In this document: positions 31,389 to 41,550 of the stretch, in pieces
Layout of the letters: the number at the start of each line of letters is the position of its first letter
Position numbering within the stretch: position 1 is the stretch's first letter
DNA from: an uncultured delta proteobacterium
GTDB lineage: Bacteria; Myxococcota_A; Polyangia; Polyangiales; B10-G4
NCBI GenBank assembly: GCA_963727445.1
Contig: CAVSGI010000012.1
Span: 160,001-224,000 of the forward strand
Direction: 5' to 3'
DNA: 64,000 nt
Position numbers and translations under genes: made by a program
The notes under the pieces: generated by a model
What the model was told of the DNA's origin: nothing
Database searches by the model: none
The model's input: only the letters and a program-made list of their open reading frames with translations

Positions 31389-33152
31389 GTGAGCGAAGGC
31401 ACCAAATTCGGCCGTTACGATCTGCTGGAGCCCATCGCCAAAGGTGGAATGGCGGAGGTGTTCAAGGCGCGGGCGCGTGAGGACGTGGGCTTCGAGCGCA
31501 TCGTCGCGGTCAAGCGCATCCTGCCGAACCTCGCCGCCGACGAGGAGTTCGTCTCGATGTTCATCGACGAGGCGAAGATCGCGGTCCAGCTGACCCACGC
31601 GAGCATTGCCCAGATCTTCGATCTCGGCCGGGTGGAGGAGCACTACTACATCGCCCTCGAGTACATCCACGGGCGGGATCTCCGGGCGCTCACCAACGCC
31701 GAGCGGGCGCGCGGCGGAGCGGTCCCCATCGACGTCGCCTGCTTCATCGTGATGAAGGTCGCCGAGGCGCTCGACTACGCCCACCGCGCGGCGGGCCGGG
31801 ACGGGCAACCCCTGAACGTCATCCATCGCGACGTCTCGCCCCAGAACGTCATCGTGTCCTTCGACGGGGACGTCAAAGTCATCGACTTCGGCCTCGCGAA
31901 GGCGGCGGGTCGTGCGACCCAGACCCAGGCCGGCATCCTGAAGGGCAAGCTGGCCTACCTCTCCCCCGAGCAGGCGCAAGGGGAGACCATCGACTGGCGC
32001 AGCGACCTCTATGCGCTCGGGATCCTCCTCTTCGAGCTCCTGACGGGACAGCGCCTCTTCCTTCGCGACAACGACCTGGACACCGTCCTCGCGGTGCGTG
32101 CGGGCGAGGTGCCGGATCCGCGCTCGATCGCTGGAGACATCAGCGACGAGCTCGCCACGGCGGTCCTCAAGGCGCTGAGCCGCGATCGCAACGACCGCTA
32201 TCAGCGGGGCCGGGAGCTGGCGGAGGATCTCGAGGCCTATCTCTACTCGACGGGCCAGCCGCTCAGCAGGCGCAAGCTCGGCGACTACATGGTGGAGCTC
32301 TTTCCCGAGGCCTTCATGGCCGAGGAGGAGGTCTCCGACATGCTCGGCGTCGAGCTGATCGAGGAGGCGGAGGACGAGGCGCTCACGGCGCACCCGCGGA
32401 TCGCGGACGTCGGGCTGGGTGACGCCACCGATCAGGTGGCCGACGAGCCGGACGCGCAGCTCTTCGAAGAAGAGTCCCGAACCGAGATCTACATGCCCGG
32501 CCGCGATTACGATTTGCCGGGCGACGTCCTCGAAGCGAGCGATGCGGCGGTGGAGGAGCCAGACACCTTGCGCTCCTCGCTGCCGGCCGAGCCGCCCGAG
32601 GACGTTTCCCTCTCTCCCATCCCGCCTCCACCGGCCGTTCCCGACCTGCGCACCACCGTCCAGCTCGATCCGGAGACGAAGACCGGTATCGACGTGCAGG
32701 CCCTCGACGATCCGCACACCGCCGAGGTCGAGCACGAGCACCTGACCGTCGAGACCCACCTCGACGAGCCCGACCTCGTCACCTCGGTGGGCGCCGAGCC
32801 CCTGGTTCCGGTCAGCTCGAAGATAGGGCCCGCGCCAGAGCGGCCGTCCCATCCCGAGCCGGAGCCCGAGGCCGCCGCGCCATCGGCGCACGAGGTGCGG
32901 ACGGTGGTCGCCCAGAGTCCCGACCGTGACACCATCCCGGCGCCGGCGCCCGACGAGCCCGTGAGCGCCGATGAGATGCTCTCCTCCGCCGTTCAGTCCC
33001 TCGCGGACCTTCCGCTTCTCGAGGACGAAGACGACGACGAGCCGGGGACGGTGGTCACGGCGTTTGGTGACGACCTGACCAGACCCATCGATAACGACTC
33101 GGAGGAGAAGAAGCCTCGGAAGGGCTCGGGTCGGGGTCGTCATCGCGGCTGA
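31389..33152 (+). CDS. Ser/Thr protein kinase with acidic low-complexity C-terminus
   Basis: KGGMAEVF, HRDVSPQN, DFGLAK, KGKLAYLSPEQ. Confidence 0.93.
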   Translation: MSEGTKFGRYDLLEPIAKGGMAEVFKARAREDVGFERIVAVKRILPNLAADEEFVSMFIDEAKIAVQLTHASIAQIFDLGRVEEHYYIALEYIHGRDLRALTNAERARGGAVPIDVACFIVMKVAEALDYAHRAAGRDGQPLNVIHRDVSPQNVIVSFDGDVKVIDFGLAKAAGRATQTQAGILKGKLAYLSPEQAQGETIDWRSDLYALGILLFELLTGQRLFLRDNDLDTVLAVRAGEVPDPRSIAGDISDELATAVLKALSRDRNDRYQRGRELAEDLEAYLYSTGQPLSRRKLGDYMVELFPEAFMAEEEVSDMLGVELIEEAEDEALTAHPRIADVGLGDATDQVADEPDAQLFEEESRTEIYMPGRDYDLPGDVLEASDAAVEEPDTLRSSLPAEPPEDVSLSPIPPPPAVPDLRTTVQLDPETKTGIDVQALDDPHTAEVEHEHLTVETHLDEPDLVTSVGAEPLVPVSSKIGPAPERPSHPEPEPEAAAPSAHEVRTVVAQSPDRDTIPAPAPDEPVSADEMLSSAVQSLADLPLLEDEDDDEPGTVVTAFGDDLTRPIDNDSEEKKPRKGSGRGRHRG

Positions 33153-33975
33153 CGGGTAGGACGATACGGTGGGGCGCCGCGCCGCGGCGATCGGCGCGGT
33201 CCGGGATGCCGAGCCCGTAGCGCACGTGGAACGCGCCGGCGATCACCATCATGTGCGCGGGCGCGTCCGCGGCCGAGAGGGTGTGCGCGACGCCTTCGGC
33301 CATCGTCTCGTCCCAGAGTACCTGCGCCGCATACATCCGCTCGAAGCGGTCGGGGGTCATGTGCGGGTGGCCGGAGAGCGCTTCTTCGATCATGTGACGG
33401 TGCGGTCCGACGTCGAGGTCGAGCTCGGGGAGGCGCGCGCGCTGCTCCGCGTCGAGGCCGTCGACGCCCCTCCGCGCCACGGCGCGGGAGAGCTCCTGTT
33501 CGGCGTTGAGCGCGACCATGCGGATGCCGCGTTCGCGGCAGGCGAGGAAGAGCGGACGGTAGAGCGCGAAGTCGAAGCCCCAGCGCTCGTTCCACTCGAC
33601 CCCTTCGAGGAGCGCAGCCTCGTCGATCTCGCCGGCGACCCACGCGTCGAGCGTCGACTGAAAGGGTCGCTGGACCATCTCGAGACCGAGCGCGAGCGAG
33701 GGGTCGCGTTCGCTCAGCGCTTCGAGGATCCGTAGCTCGGCGTCGTGGTGGGCCGGGTCGTCGTGTTCCTCCCCCACGTACACCACCGGGACGCTCGCGA
33801 GGTCGGCCATCATGAGCGAGAAGCTGACCTCCTGGCCCGTCTGGAGGTCCTCGATGCGCTCCCGGATCGGGCTTTCTGCCCCCCTCTGTGCGCCGCCGCA
33901 CGCGAGCAGCAGCGTGAGGGGCAGGAGCGTCAGCGCCGCCTTGACCCCGCGAGGCGCATTCCCTATTCCGATCAT
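33055..33975 (-). CDS. ChaN-family lipoprotein (start uncertain)
   Basis: Lipobox [44 protein letters not shown]. Confidence 0.85.
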   Translation of the reverse strand: MIGIGNAPRGVKAALTLLPLTLLLACGGAQRGAESPIRERIEDLQTGQEVSFSLMMADLASVPVVYVGEEHDDPAHHDAELRILEALSERDPSLALGLEMVQRPFQSTLDAWVAGEIDEAALLEGVEWNERWGFDFALYRPLFLACRERGIRMVALNAEQELSRAVARRGVDGLDAEQRARLPELDLDVGPHRHMIEEALSGHPHMTPDRFERMYAAQVLWDETMAEGVAHTLSAADAPAHMMVIAGAFHVRYGLGIPDRADRRGAAPHRIVLPVSRDDDPDPSPSEASSPPSRYRWVWSGRHQTP

Positions 33976-33993
33976 CGAACCGGAGGAGAAGAG

Positions 33994-34642
33994 ATGAAGT
34001 TCTTCATCGACAGCGCCGACGTGAACGAAATCCGCGATGCCGCCGCCATGGGCGTCGTCGACGGCGTGACCACCAATCCCAGCCTCGTCGCGAAGGTGGG
34101 CCGTCCCCTCCGCGAAGTGATCGTCGAGATCTGCGAGATCGTCGACGGACCGATCAGCGCCGAGGTGATCGCGACGGACACCGACGGGATCCTGAGGGAA
34201 GGGCGTGAGCTCGCCAAGATCCACGACAACATCGTGGTGAAGGTGCCTCTGATCCCCGACGGGCTCAAGGCGGTGAAGACCTTCACCTCCGAGGGCATCA
34301 AGACCAACGTCACCCTCTGCTTCAGCCCGACGCAGGCGATCCTCGCCGCCAAGGCCGGCGCCACCTACATCAGCCCGTTCATCGGACGCATCGACGACAT
34401 CGCCGGTGAGGGGATGGAGCTCATCGAGCAGATCGTCACGATCTACCGCAACTACGACTACGAGACCGAGGTGCTGGCCGCCAGCATTCGGCATCCGGTG
34501 CACGTGGTGCAGGCCGCCATGGTCGGTGCCCACGTCGCGACGATCCCGCACAAGGTCATCCTCCAGCTCGCCAAGCACCCGCTCACGGACATCGGTCTCG
34601 CCGAAATTCCTGGCGGACGCTAAGAAGGTCCCAACCTCCTGA
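33994..34642 (+). CDS. fsa: Transaldolase / fructose-6-phosphate aldolase family (frameshift near 34602)
   Basis: [57 protein letters not shown] tail in the next frame. Confidence 0.93.
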
Positions 34643-34656
34643 ATCCCGGAGGGACT

Positions 34657-35208
34657 TTGTCCTTCGTCGCGCGCGCACTCTTTCTTTCGACGTTGCTGCT
34701 CGCCTCGTGGGCGTGCGCTGCGAACGCCGCCCAGGCGCAACGCATTCCAGCTGGGGCGATCTCCGCCCACGCGCTCTTCTCCTACACCCAGCCCGAAGGC
34801 ACGGACACCACGGACCAGGGGTATGGCGGCAATCTCATCGCCGACATCACGCTTCCCCTCGGCTGGTTTCGCATCGGCGGCAGCCTGGGCGTCGCCGCCA
34901 TCACCTCCAGCGCCGACGAGGCCTCCCGGGTCCTGATGCCCATCTCACTCTCTCTGGGCGCGGTCTTTCGGCCGGGTTCGCTCTGGCTCGACCTCCGGGG
35001 TCGGGCGGGGATGTGGGCGGGGGCGACCAACCAGGGCCTGGCTGCCGGGGGCTTCTTCTCGATCGGAGGCTTTGCCGGCTGGGCCTTCGCCAAGAACGTC
35101 GCCGTTGGAGTCGCCTTCGACGCTTTGTTTGCGCTGGGTCACGGCGATACCATCGCCGTCGCTCCCGGGCTGAGCCTCGTCTGGGTTCCGCAAGAGGACG
35201 ACTATTGA
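34657..35208 (+). CDS. Secreted putative outer-membrane beta-barrel protein
   Basis: Signal peptide; alternating Gly/aromatic beta strands. Confidence 0.55.
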   Translation: MSFVARALFLSTLLLASWACAANAAQAQRIPAGAISAHALFSYTQPEGTDTTDQGYGGNLIADITLPLGWFRIGGSLGVAAITSSADEASRVLMPISLSLGAVFRPGSLWLDLRGRAGMWAGATNQGLAAGGFFSIGGFAGWAFAKNVAVGVAFDALFALGHGDTIAVAPGLSLVWVPQEDDY

Positions 35209-35906
35209 CCCGCGATCACACTGAGGAGCTCGGCGACCCCCCGAAGATCGATGTCGTCGTCCTCGAGGACAACACCGCGTCTGGCCGCTGCAATCGGGGC
35301 TTCTTGCGCGTCCGTCGGCTGGTGCTCGAGAACCGCTACGCCGACGGGACCAAGAGCGCGCCCTATCCCTACGACCTGGTCGAGCGGGACGCGATCGATG
35401 CGGTGGCGATCGTCCTCTACGCGCGCGCCGGCGACGAGGTGCGGGTGTGCCTTCGCACCGCGCTCCGCCCCCCGATGACCTTCCGCCCGGGATACGACCT
35501 GCCCATCCCCGAGCCGGAGTCGGCGGGTGTGCTCTGGGAGATCCCCGCGGGCCTGGTCGAGCCCGACGAGCACGGGCCAGAGGGGCTCGCTGCTTGCGCG
35601 TCGCGCGAGACCCTCGAGGAGGTCGGCCTCGAGATCCCCGCCGAGCGCTTCGAGAATCTCGGCCCACCCGCGGGCCTCAGCCCCGGCGTGATCGGCGAGA
35701 AGATCCACTTCCTCGCGGCCGAGGTCGACCCCGACGCCCGCGGCGTCCCCACCGAGGACGGCTCGCCGGTGGAGGAGCGCGCCGAGGTGCGCTTTCTTCC
35801 CATCGAAGACGCCCTGCGCGCTGCCGAGCGCGGTCTGATTGGCGACCTCAAGACCGAGGTGGGGATCCGGCGCCTCAGGGAGCGCATCGCGGGGCGACGG
35901 GGGTGA
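35205..35906 (+). CDS. NUDIX hydrolase (ADP-ribose pyrophosphatase-like)
   Basis: WEIPAGLVE...ASRETLEEVG Nudix box; SPG motif. Confidence 0.88.
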   Translation: MTRDHTEELGDPPKIDVVVLEDNTASGRCNRGFLRVRRLVLENRYADGTKSAPYPYDLVERDAIDAVAIVLYARAGDEVRVCLRTALRPPMTFRPGYDLPIPEPESAGVLWEIPAGLVEPDEHGPEGLAACASRETLEEVGLEIPAERFENLGPPAGLSPGVIGEKIHFLAAEVDPDARGVPTEDGSPVEERAEVRFLPIEDALRAAERGLIGDLKTEVGIRRLRERIAGRRG

Positions 35907-36826
35907 GCGAGGCGCGCCGCAAGCGTGGGACGCCTGATACGCGGCCCACGGTGCTGGTCGTCTACAAGAAGTCCGCCTACCAGCGCTTCGTCCTCGAGAA
36001 GAAGGACGCGCGCGTCCAGAAGCTCCTCGCCGACGACGACCCGACGGTGCGTCGGCTCCGGGACGCCCACGACTCTCACGTGGGAACCGTCGAGGAGGCG
36101 CGCGCGATCCTGAAGAAGCTGGGGGCGAAGGCGACCTATCGGCACCTGCCGAAGGGGCAGCGGATCGGTCACTACGATCTGGTGGTCACGCTCGGCGGCG
36201 ACGGCACGCTGCTTTGGGCCTCGCATTCGGTCGGCAAGGACATCCCGATGGTGGCGATCAACACCGCGCCGGACGACTCCGTCGGATACTTCTGCGCTGG
36301 GACGCGTAGCAACCTGGAGCACGTCCTCGGTCGTGCCCTCGCCGGACGACTCCGAGCGACGAGCCTCACGCGCATGCAGGTGGAGCTCGAGGGCAAGGTG
36401 CTCTCCGAGCGCGTGCTCAACGACACGCTCTTCTCGCACGAGTGTCCGGCAGCGACGACGCGCTATCTGATCCGTCACGGCGACCTCGAGGAGGAGCACA
36501 AGTCGAGCGGGGTGTGGGTGGGGCCGGCCGCTGGCTCGACCGCCGCGCAACGCTCCGCCGGGGGCAAGGTGCTTCCGCTCAAGAGCGAGAGGCTGCAGTT
36601 CGTGGTGCGCGAGCTCTACGAGCCGCACGGCGAGCACCAGCTCCGGCTCCTGAAGGGCCTCGTGGAGCCGGGCGAGAGTCTCGAGTTGCGTTGCAAGGTT
36701 CCGTCCGGGCGTCTCTTTCTCGACGGGCCGCATCGAATGCACGACGTGAGCCTCGGTGCCGTCGTACGATTCCGGCGTTCGAGCGAGCCGCTGACGCTCC
36801 TCGGGCTTCGCAGGCGGAAGAGGTGA
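35903..36826 (+). CDS. nadK: NAD(+)/NADH kinase
   Basis: LGGDGTLL, VLND, KSSGVWVGPAAGSTAA. Confidence 0.88.
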   Translation: MSEARRKRGTPDTRPTVLVVYKKSAYQRFVLEKKDARVQKLLADDDPTVRRLRDAHDSHVGTVEEARAILKKLGAKATYRHLPKGQRIGHYDLVVTLGGDGTLLWASHSVGKDIPMVAINTAPDDSVGYFCAGTRSNLEHVLGRALAGRLRATSLTRMQVELEGKVLSERVLNDTLFSHECPAATTRYLIRHGDLEEEHKSSGVWVGPAAGSTAAQRSAGGKVLPLKSERLQFVVRELYEPHGEHQLRLLKGLVEPGESLELRCKVPSGRLFLDGPHRMHDVSLGAVVRFRRSSEPLTLLGLRRRKR

Positions 36827-36831
36827 CGTCG

Positions 36832-37764
36832 ATGGCGTCGAAGAAGAAATCGAAGAAGTCGACGTCTTCGAAGGCGAAAGCGAGGACGAAGGCAAAGAAG
36901 CCCGATGCCGAGCCGACGAAGTCCGCGTCGAGCGCGCCCCGCGACAACGACGGCGCCTTCGGCCGCTTTGCGCCGTGGCTCGCTCTCGGCGCGATCGTGC
37001 TCGGCGTGGTGCTCTGGCAGGCCTATCCCCAGAGCTCGGGCACCTCGGTGCCGGAGGATCTGGTCGTGCACGTGATCCGCTCCTTTCCCCACGACCCGGA
37101 GGCATTCACCCAGGGACTGCTCATCCACGACGGCCGCTTCTACGAGTCGACGGGTTTGCGCGGGCATTCCTCGCTCCGGCGCGTGGACATCGAGAGCGGT
37201 GAGGTGCAGCAGAAGGTCGACGTCGACGATGCCCTCTTCGCCGAGGGACTGGCGCGGGTCGACGACCGGCTGATCCAGCTGACCTGGCAAGCGGGGATCG
37301 CCAACGTCTACGACCTCGAGAGCTTCGAGAAGGTCGGCGAGTTCGAATACCACGGCGAAGGATGGGGCCTCTGCTACGACGGCGAGCGTCTGATCATGAG
37401 CAGCGGCAACGACCGCCTGCAGTTTCGCGACCCCCAGACCTTCGAGAAGACGGGGGAGGTGCGCGTCACCCGCGCCGGACGACGGCTGCGTCGCCTCAAC
37501 GAGCTGGAGTGCGTCGACGGATTGGTCTACGCCAACGTGTGGATGGATGACCACATCGCGCGCATCGATCCCGAGAGCGGCGAGGTCACCGCGTGGATCG
37601 ACGCGGGGGGGCTGCTCACACGCGAAGATCGCCACGGCGGCGAAGACGTGCTGAACGGCATCGCCTACGTGCCGGACACCGGACACTTCATGATCACCGG
37701 CAAGAACTGGTCGCGCATGTTCGAGGTCGAGTTCGTCCCTCACGAATCGCCTCCAGGACATTGA
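36832..37764 (+). CDS. Glutaminyl-peptide cyclotransferase (plant/bacterial beta-propeller type), N-terminally anchored
   Basis: PHDPEAFTQGL, ESTG, FAEG, QLTW, GEGWGL, LNELE, ANVW, VLNGIA, TGKNW. Confidence 0.93.
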   Translation: MASKKKSKKSTSSKAKARTKAKKPDAEPTKSASSAPRDNDGAFGRFAPWLALGAIVLGVVLWQAYPQSSGTSVPEDLVVHVIRSFPHDPEAFTQGLLIHDGRFYESTGLRGHSSLRRVDIESGEVQQKVDVDDALFAEGLARVDDRLIQLTWQAGIANVYDLESFEKVGEFEYHGEGWGLCYDGERLIMSSGNDRLQFRDPQTFEKTGEVRVTRAGRRLRRLNELECVDGLVYANVWMDDHIARIDPESGEVTAWIDAGGLLTREDRHGGEDVLNGIAYVPDTGHFMITGKNWSRMFEVEFVPHESPPGH

Positions 37765-37771
37765 GTCCGGC

Positions 37772-40021
37772 TCAGCGAGCGCGGGCCTCTTCCTCGTACG
37801 CGGCCAGGGTTCGGCGGAGGTCGGGGTCGTTGGGATGTGCGTCGACGCCGCGCTCGAGCGCAGCGATCGCGCCCCGGAGGTCTCCGGTGTCGTGGAGAGC
37901 GACGCCGAGGAGGTAGTGGAAGCGTGGGTTGTCCGCGCGGAGCTCGACGGCGCGGCGGAAGAGGTCCACGGCGTGCGTGCTCTGGCCGGTGCGCACCAGG
38001 AGCAAGCCGAGCGCGTGCAGGGCCTCGGCGTCCGTGTCGTCGATCTCCACGGCGCGGCGCAGGAGCGCTTCGGCCTCCACTTCGTCGCCCTCGGCCCGCT
38101 CGAGGTCGGCGAGGCTCACCATCGCCGGCGTGAAGCGCGGCGCGACGACGAGCGCTTGCCGCCACGCGCGATCCGCGCCCTCGAGATCTCCGCGGTCGAG
38201 GGCGAGGAGCCCCAGGCGCAGCCAGGCGTCGGGGCGGTAGCCGAGGCTTCGTTCCGTCGCGGCGAGCTCGTCCTCGGCGGCGCGAAGGGCCTCGGCCTCG
38301 TCGCTCGCGAGGGTCCCCGGGGGCACGACTGCGAGGGTGCGGGCAGCCTCGAGACGTACGACGCGCATCTCGTCGCGAACGAGCGGTGATAGTGAGCGGT
38401 AACGGTCTTCGGGGGCGAGCTCTCGCGCGCCGTAGGCGGCGCCGAGGCGCACCAGAGGCTCGCGGCTTCGTGCGCCCGCCCGGAGCGCCTCGTCGCTTTC
38501 GGGACCGGGGAAGTCGTCGGCGAGCGCGAGGGCCGTCGCGCGCACGATGGCTGGCGAGGAGATATCCGCGGCGAGGGCGCTGAGCGCGTCCGCGGCGGCG
38601 GGGTCGTGCTGGCGGGCGAGGAGCAGGACCTCGCCGAAGTGCGGGCGTCGAACGTCGCCGAACCACTCGGTGACGCGCTCGGCGGCCCACGCGCTGCCGC
38701 GGTCCTCGTGGCAACCGGTGCAGGCGTCGGGCACGCCGAGCTTCGTCGCCAGGTCCGGCCGGGGAATGCGGAAGGAGTGGTCGCGACGTCCGTCGACCTC
38801 GAAGTAGATCTTCTCGCGCATGTGACAGTCGACACAGGCGCTTCCCACCGCCTGGCGGTGATGGTGGTGCTCCTGGTCGTACGCCGATGGGCGATGACAG
38901 CTGGTGCAGAGCGCGTCCCCCTCGGAGCGAAGCGCGAGGGAATGCGGCTCGTGGCAATCGCTGCAGCGCACGCCTGCATGGAACATGCGGCTCTGCCGAA
39001 AGGAGCCCCACTCGTACACCTCGCCGTCGATCTGCCCATCGTGGTGGTACAGACGCCGACTCAGGAGCTCGGGGCGGTATGCGTCGAGGAGCGGTGCGCC
39101 TGGCCGATGGCCCTCGGCGAGCTGATCGCGTCGCGCGTGGCAGGGTGCACAGACGCGCACTTCCTCCGCCGCGACCTCCGCCGCACGAGGCTCCGCGCTC
39201 GTTTGCCCCTCCGCGATGGTCCACGCCGCCGCGCGGTGCAGATCCGCGACCAGCCCTTGAGGCGCGCCGCTCGCCCCGGCCTGTGCCCAGGACACGTGCA
39301 CCGAGCCCGGCCCGTGGCACGCCTCGCAACCGACGCTCGCCTCCGCATCACGCGTCTCGAAACGACCAGCGCCCTCGTCCCAACCGACCTCGGTGGCGGT
39401 CCGATGGCAGCCGGCGCAGACGGAGTTGTCGTTCTGGTCGTCGCTCAGGAAGTGGTGGGGCTCTCCCGGCTCGGGTTGTCGCCGGTTCGGGTCGAAGAGG
39501 CGCTGGCCACCGACCTCCACGGGGCGCGCGTCCCAGGCCACGGTGAGCGCCTGCAGGCGTCCGTCGCCGACATCGACCACGTACTGGCGAAAGGGCTCCA
39601 CGCCCAGCGCGTGATGCACGACGTACGTTCGTGCGGGCGCCCCGCCCTCCGCGATCTGTACGAGCGCGCGATCGTCTTCGCGCAGAAAGCGCGCGCGAAA
39701 CCCGTCGCGCTCGAAGACTCGGCCGTCGAAGGGGGGGCCGTCGACGAAGCCCGCCGCCGGCTCGGTCGCACGCGCATGATGCGAGCCCCGAAAGGCGCGC
39801 GCTTGTTCCGCGTGGCAACGGGCGCACGCGTGGCTGCCCACGTAGCGCGCGTCATCGGTCGGCCACGGCGTCGCCTCGGGCGTGGTCGAAAAACCCTCGG
39901 TCTCCGCGGTTTCGGAGGCGGCCGGGCTCCTCAGCCACCACGCGAGGAGGGCGAAGCCGGCGACGGCGGCGACGGCGAGGAGCGCGGCGACGAGGTGCCC
40001 GCGCCTCGTCGGATCCTTCAC
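37772..40021 (-). CDS. Multiheme (8 CxxCH) cytochrome c with HEAT/TPR C-terminus
   Basis: CARCH, CAGCH, CEACH, CAPCH, CSDCH, CTSCH, CVDCH, CTGCH; RRDHSFRIPRPD. Confidence 0.9.
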   Translation of the reverse strand: MKDPTRRGHLVAALLAVAAVAGFALLAWWLRSPAASETAETEGFSTTPEATPWPTDDARYVGSHACARCHAEQARAFRGSHHARATEPAAGFVDGPPFDGRVFERDGFRARFLREDDRALVQIAEGGAPARTYVVHHALGVEPFRQYVVDVGDGRLQALTVAWDARPVEVGGQRLFDPNRRQPEPGEPHHFLSDDQNDNSVCAGCHRTATEVGWDEGAGRFETRDAEASVGCEACHGPGSVHVSWAQAGASGAPQGLVADLHRAAAWTIAEGQTSAEPRAAEVAAEEVRVCAPCHARRDQLAEGHRPGAPLLDAYRPELLSRRLYHHDGQIDGEVYEWGSFRQSRMFHAGVRCSDCHEPHSLALRSEGDALCTSCHRPSAYDQEHHHHRQAVGSACVDCHMREKIYFEVDGRRDHSFRIPRPDLATKLGVPDACTGCHEDRGSAWAAERVTEWFGDVRRPHFGEVLLLARQHDPAAADALSALAADISSPAIVRATALALADDFPGPESDEALRAGARSREPLVRLGAAYGARELAPEDRYRSLSPLVRDEMRVVRLEAARTLAVVPPGTLASDEAEALRAAEDELAATERSLGYRPDAWLRLGLLALDRGDLEGADRAWRQALVVAPRFTPAMVSLADLERAEGDEVEAEALLRRAVEIDDTDAEALHALGLLLVRTGQSTHAVDLFRRAVELRADNPRFHYLLGVALHDTGDLRGAIAALERGVDAHPNDPDLRRTLAAYEEEARAR

Positions 40022-41547
40022 AGTGCCCCGTCCCGCCGCCGGCGAAAGAGAGCGAGGACCGTCCCGAGGAGCGCGCCGAGGAGCATGGGCGTCACCCAAT
40101 CGCCGAATCGCACCCACGGCGTGAGGGTCGACATCACGTGCACGTCGGCGACGAAAGCATCGGGCACGAAGGTGGGCGTGCGCACGAGGCTCTCGCCAGT
40201 GGCGGAGGTGTGGGAGGAGGTGCCGGTGTTGACCGCGCGTACCAGGTCGCGCCGCGTCTCGACCGACCGCAGGCGCGACGTCGCCTCGTGAAGCCACGGC
40301 TCGGCCGTGTCGCCGAACCAGGCGTCGTTCGTCACGTTGACCAACACGTCGGGATGGTTGCGGCCGACCAGGATCGCGTACTGACCCAGCACGTCCTCGT
40401 AGCAGTTGAGCACGCCTACCCGCACACCGTCGATCGGCACCACCTCTGGCTCCTCACCAGGCGTCAGCCCGCGGTGGAAGCGTTCCTGTATCGGCGGCAG
40501 GTAGTCCCAGAGCGGCACGTACTCCCCGAAAGCGAGGAGCTTCACTTTGTCGACGATGTCGGTGAAGCGGCCGGTCTCGTCGACGGCGACCACGGAGTTG
40601 TAGCGCTCGTCACCGTTGCCGTAGGTCAGCGCGCCGAGGAGCAGCGGACCGCTGACACCGTTCGCGAGGATGCGGATGGGCCCGTTGACGTCGGCTGGGC
40701 GGCTGCGCGGGATGGGGTAAGGGTAGGCGGTCTCCGGCCAGACGACGAGGTCGGCGCCGGTCGCTTCGAGGAGCGTCGTCGCGCGCTGCAGCTCCATCAG
40801 GTGCTGGGGCGCTTGGCGCCGATCGGCCTTGTCGAAGATGTCCACGTTCGGCTGGACCACACCGATGCGCACCAGCCGTCCTCCGGCGCGCTCCTCGGCC
40901 ACCTGATCCATGCGCACGCTGCCGTAGGCGATGGGCGCACAGAACGCGATCACGCCGACGAGCGCCGCCATGCGATCGCGCCGGAGGATCGCCCAGCCGA
41001 GCCCCATGCTCGCGTAGGTCAGACACAGATCGAGGAGCGGCTGGCCGCCGATCTCCGCGAGCTGGAGCCACAGGGGCCACCCCGTATGAGAATGGCAGAG
41101 GCGCCACGGAAGGAGGGTCGGCGACAGTGCGGCGACGACGGTGAGGAGCGGGGGTAGAACCACCCAGAGCGGCATCCGCGGACCCGCCATCACCGCGGCG
41201 AGACCACAGGCGATGGCCATGGGCAGGGCCTGCGCAGCGAAGAGGAGGCTGGCGGTGGGGATCGACGCGATCAGCGGAAAGCCCGCAAAGACCTCGAGCA
41301 ACCCCACGACCCAATAGAGCGCCATGGCGTTGATCAGGAAGGAGCAGACGAAGCCGGCGAGGAAGGCTCTCTTCGGGCTCGGCGCGTCGGCGCTCGGTGT
41401 CGCCACGGCGAAGAGCAGAAACGCGAGCCCGATGTAGGCGGGCCCCGCCCACTCGCGCGGCGCGGGCGTCACGCCGAGGGAGATCCCGGCCAGCACCGCG
41501 AGCGGGAACGTCGTACCGAAGAAGCTGCCCCAGCCCCGCCGCATCAC
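40018..41547 (-). CDS. lnt: Apolipoprotein N-acyltransferase
   Basis: VVQPN, VVWPETA, KVKLLAFGEYVP, NCYED, NVTNDAWFG, RAVNTG. Confidence 0.94.
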   Translation of the reverse strand: MMRRGWGSFFGTTFPLAVLAGISLGVTPAPREWAGPAYIGLAFLLFAVATPSADAPSPKRAFLAGFVCSFLINAMALYWVVGLLEVFAGFPLIASIPTASLLFAAQALPMAIACGLAAVMAGPRMPLWVVLPPLLTVVAALSPTLLPWRLCHSHTGWPLWLQLAEIGGQPLLDLCLTYASMGLGWAILRRDRMAALVGVIAFCAPIAYGSVRMDQVAEERAGGRLVRIGVVQPNVDIFDKADRRQAPQHLMELQRATTLLEATGADLVVWPETAYPYPIPRSRPADVNGPIRILANGVSGPLLLGALTYGNGDERYNSVVAVDETGRFTDIVDKVKLLAFGEYVPLWDYLPPIQERFHRGLTPGEEPEVVPIDGVRVGVLNCYEDVLGQYAILVGRNHPDVLVNVTNDAWFGDTAEPWLHEATSRLRSVETRRDLVRAVNTGTSSHTSATGESLVRTPTFVPDAFVADVHVMSTLTPWVRFGDWVTPMLLGALLGTVLALFRRRRDGAL

Positions 41548-41550
41548 GTC

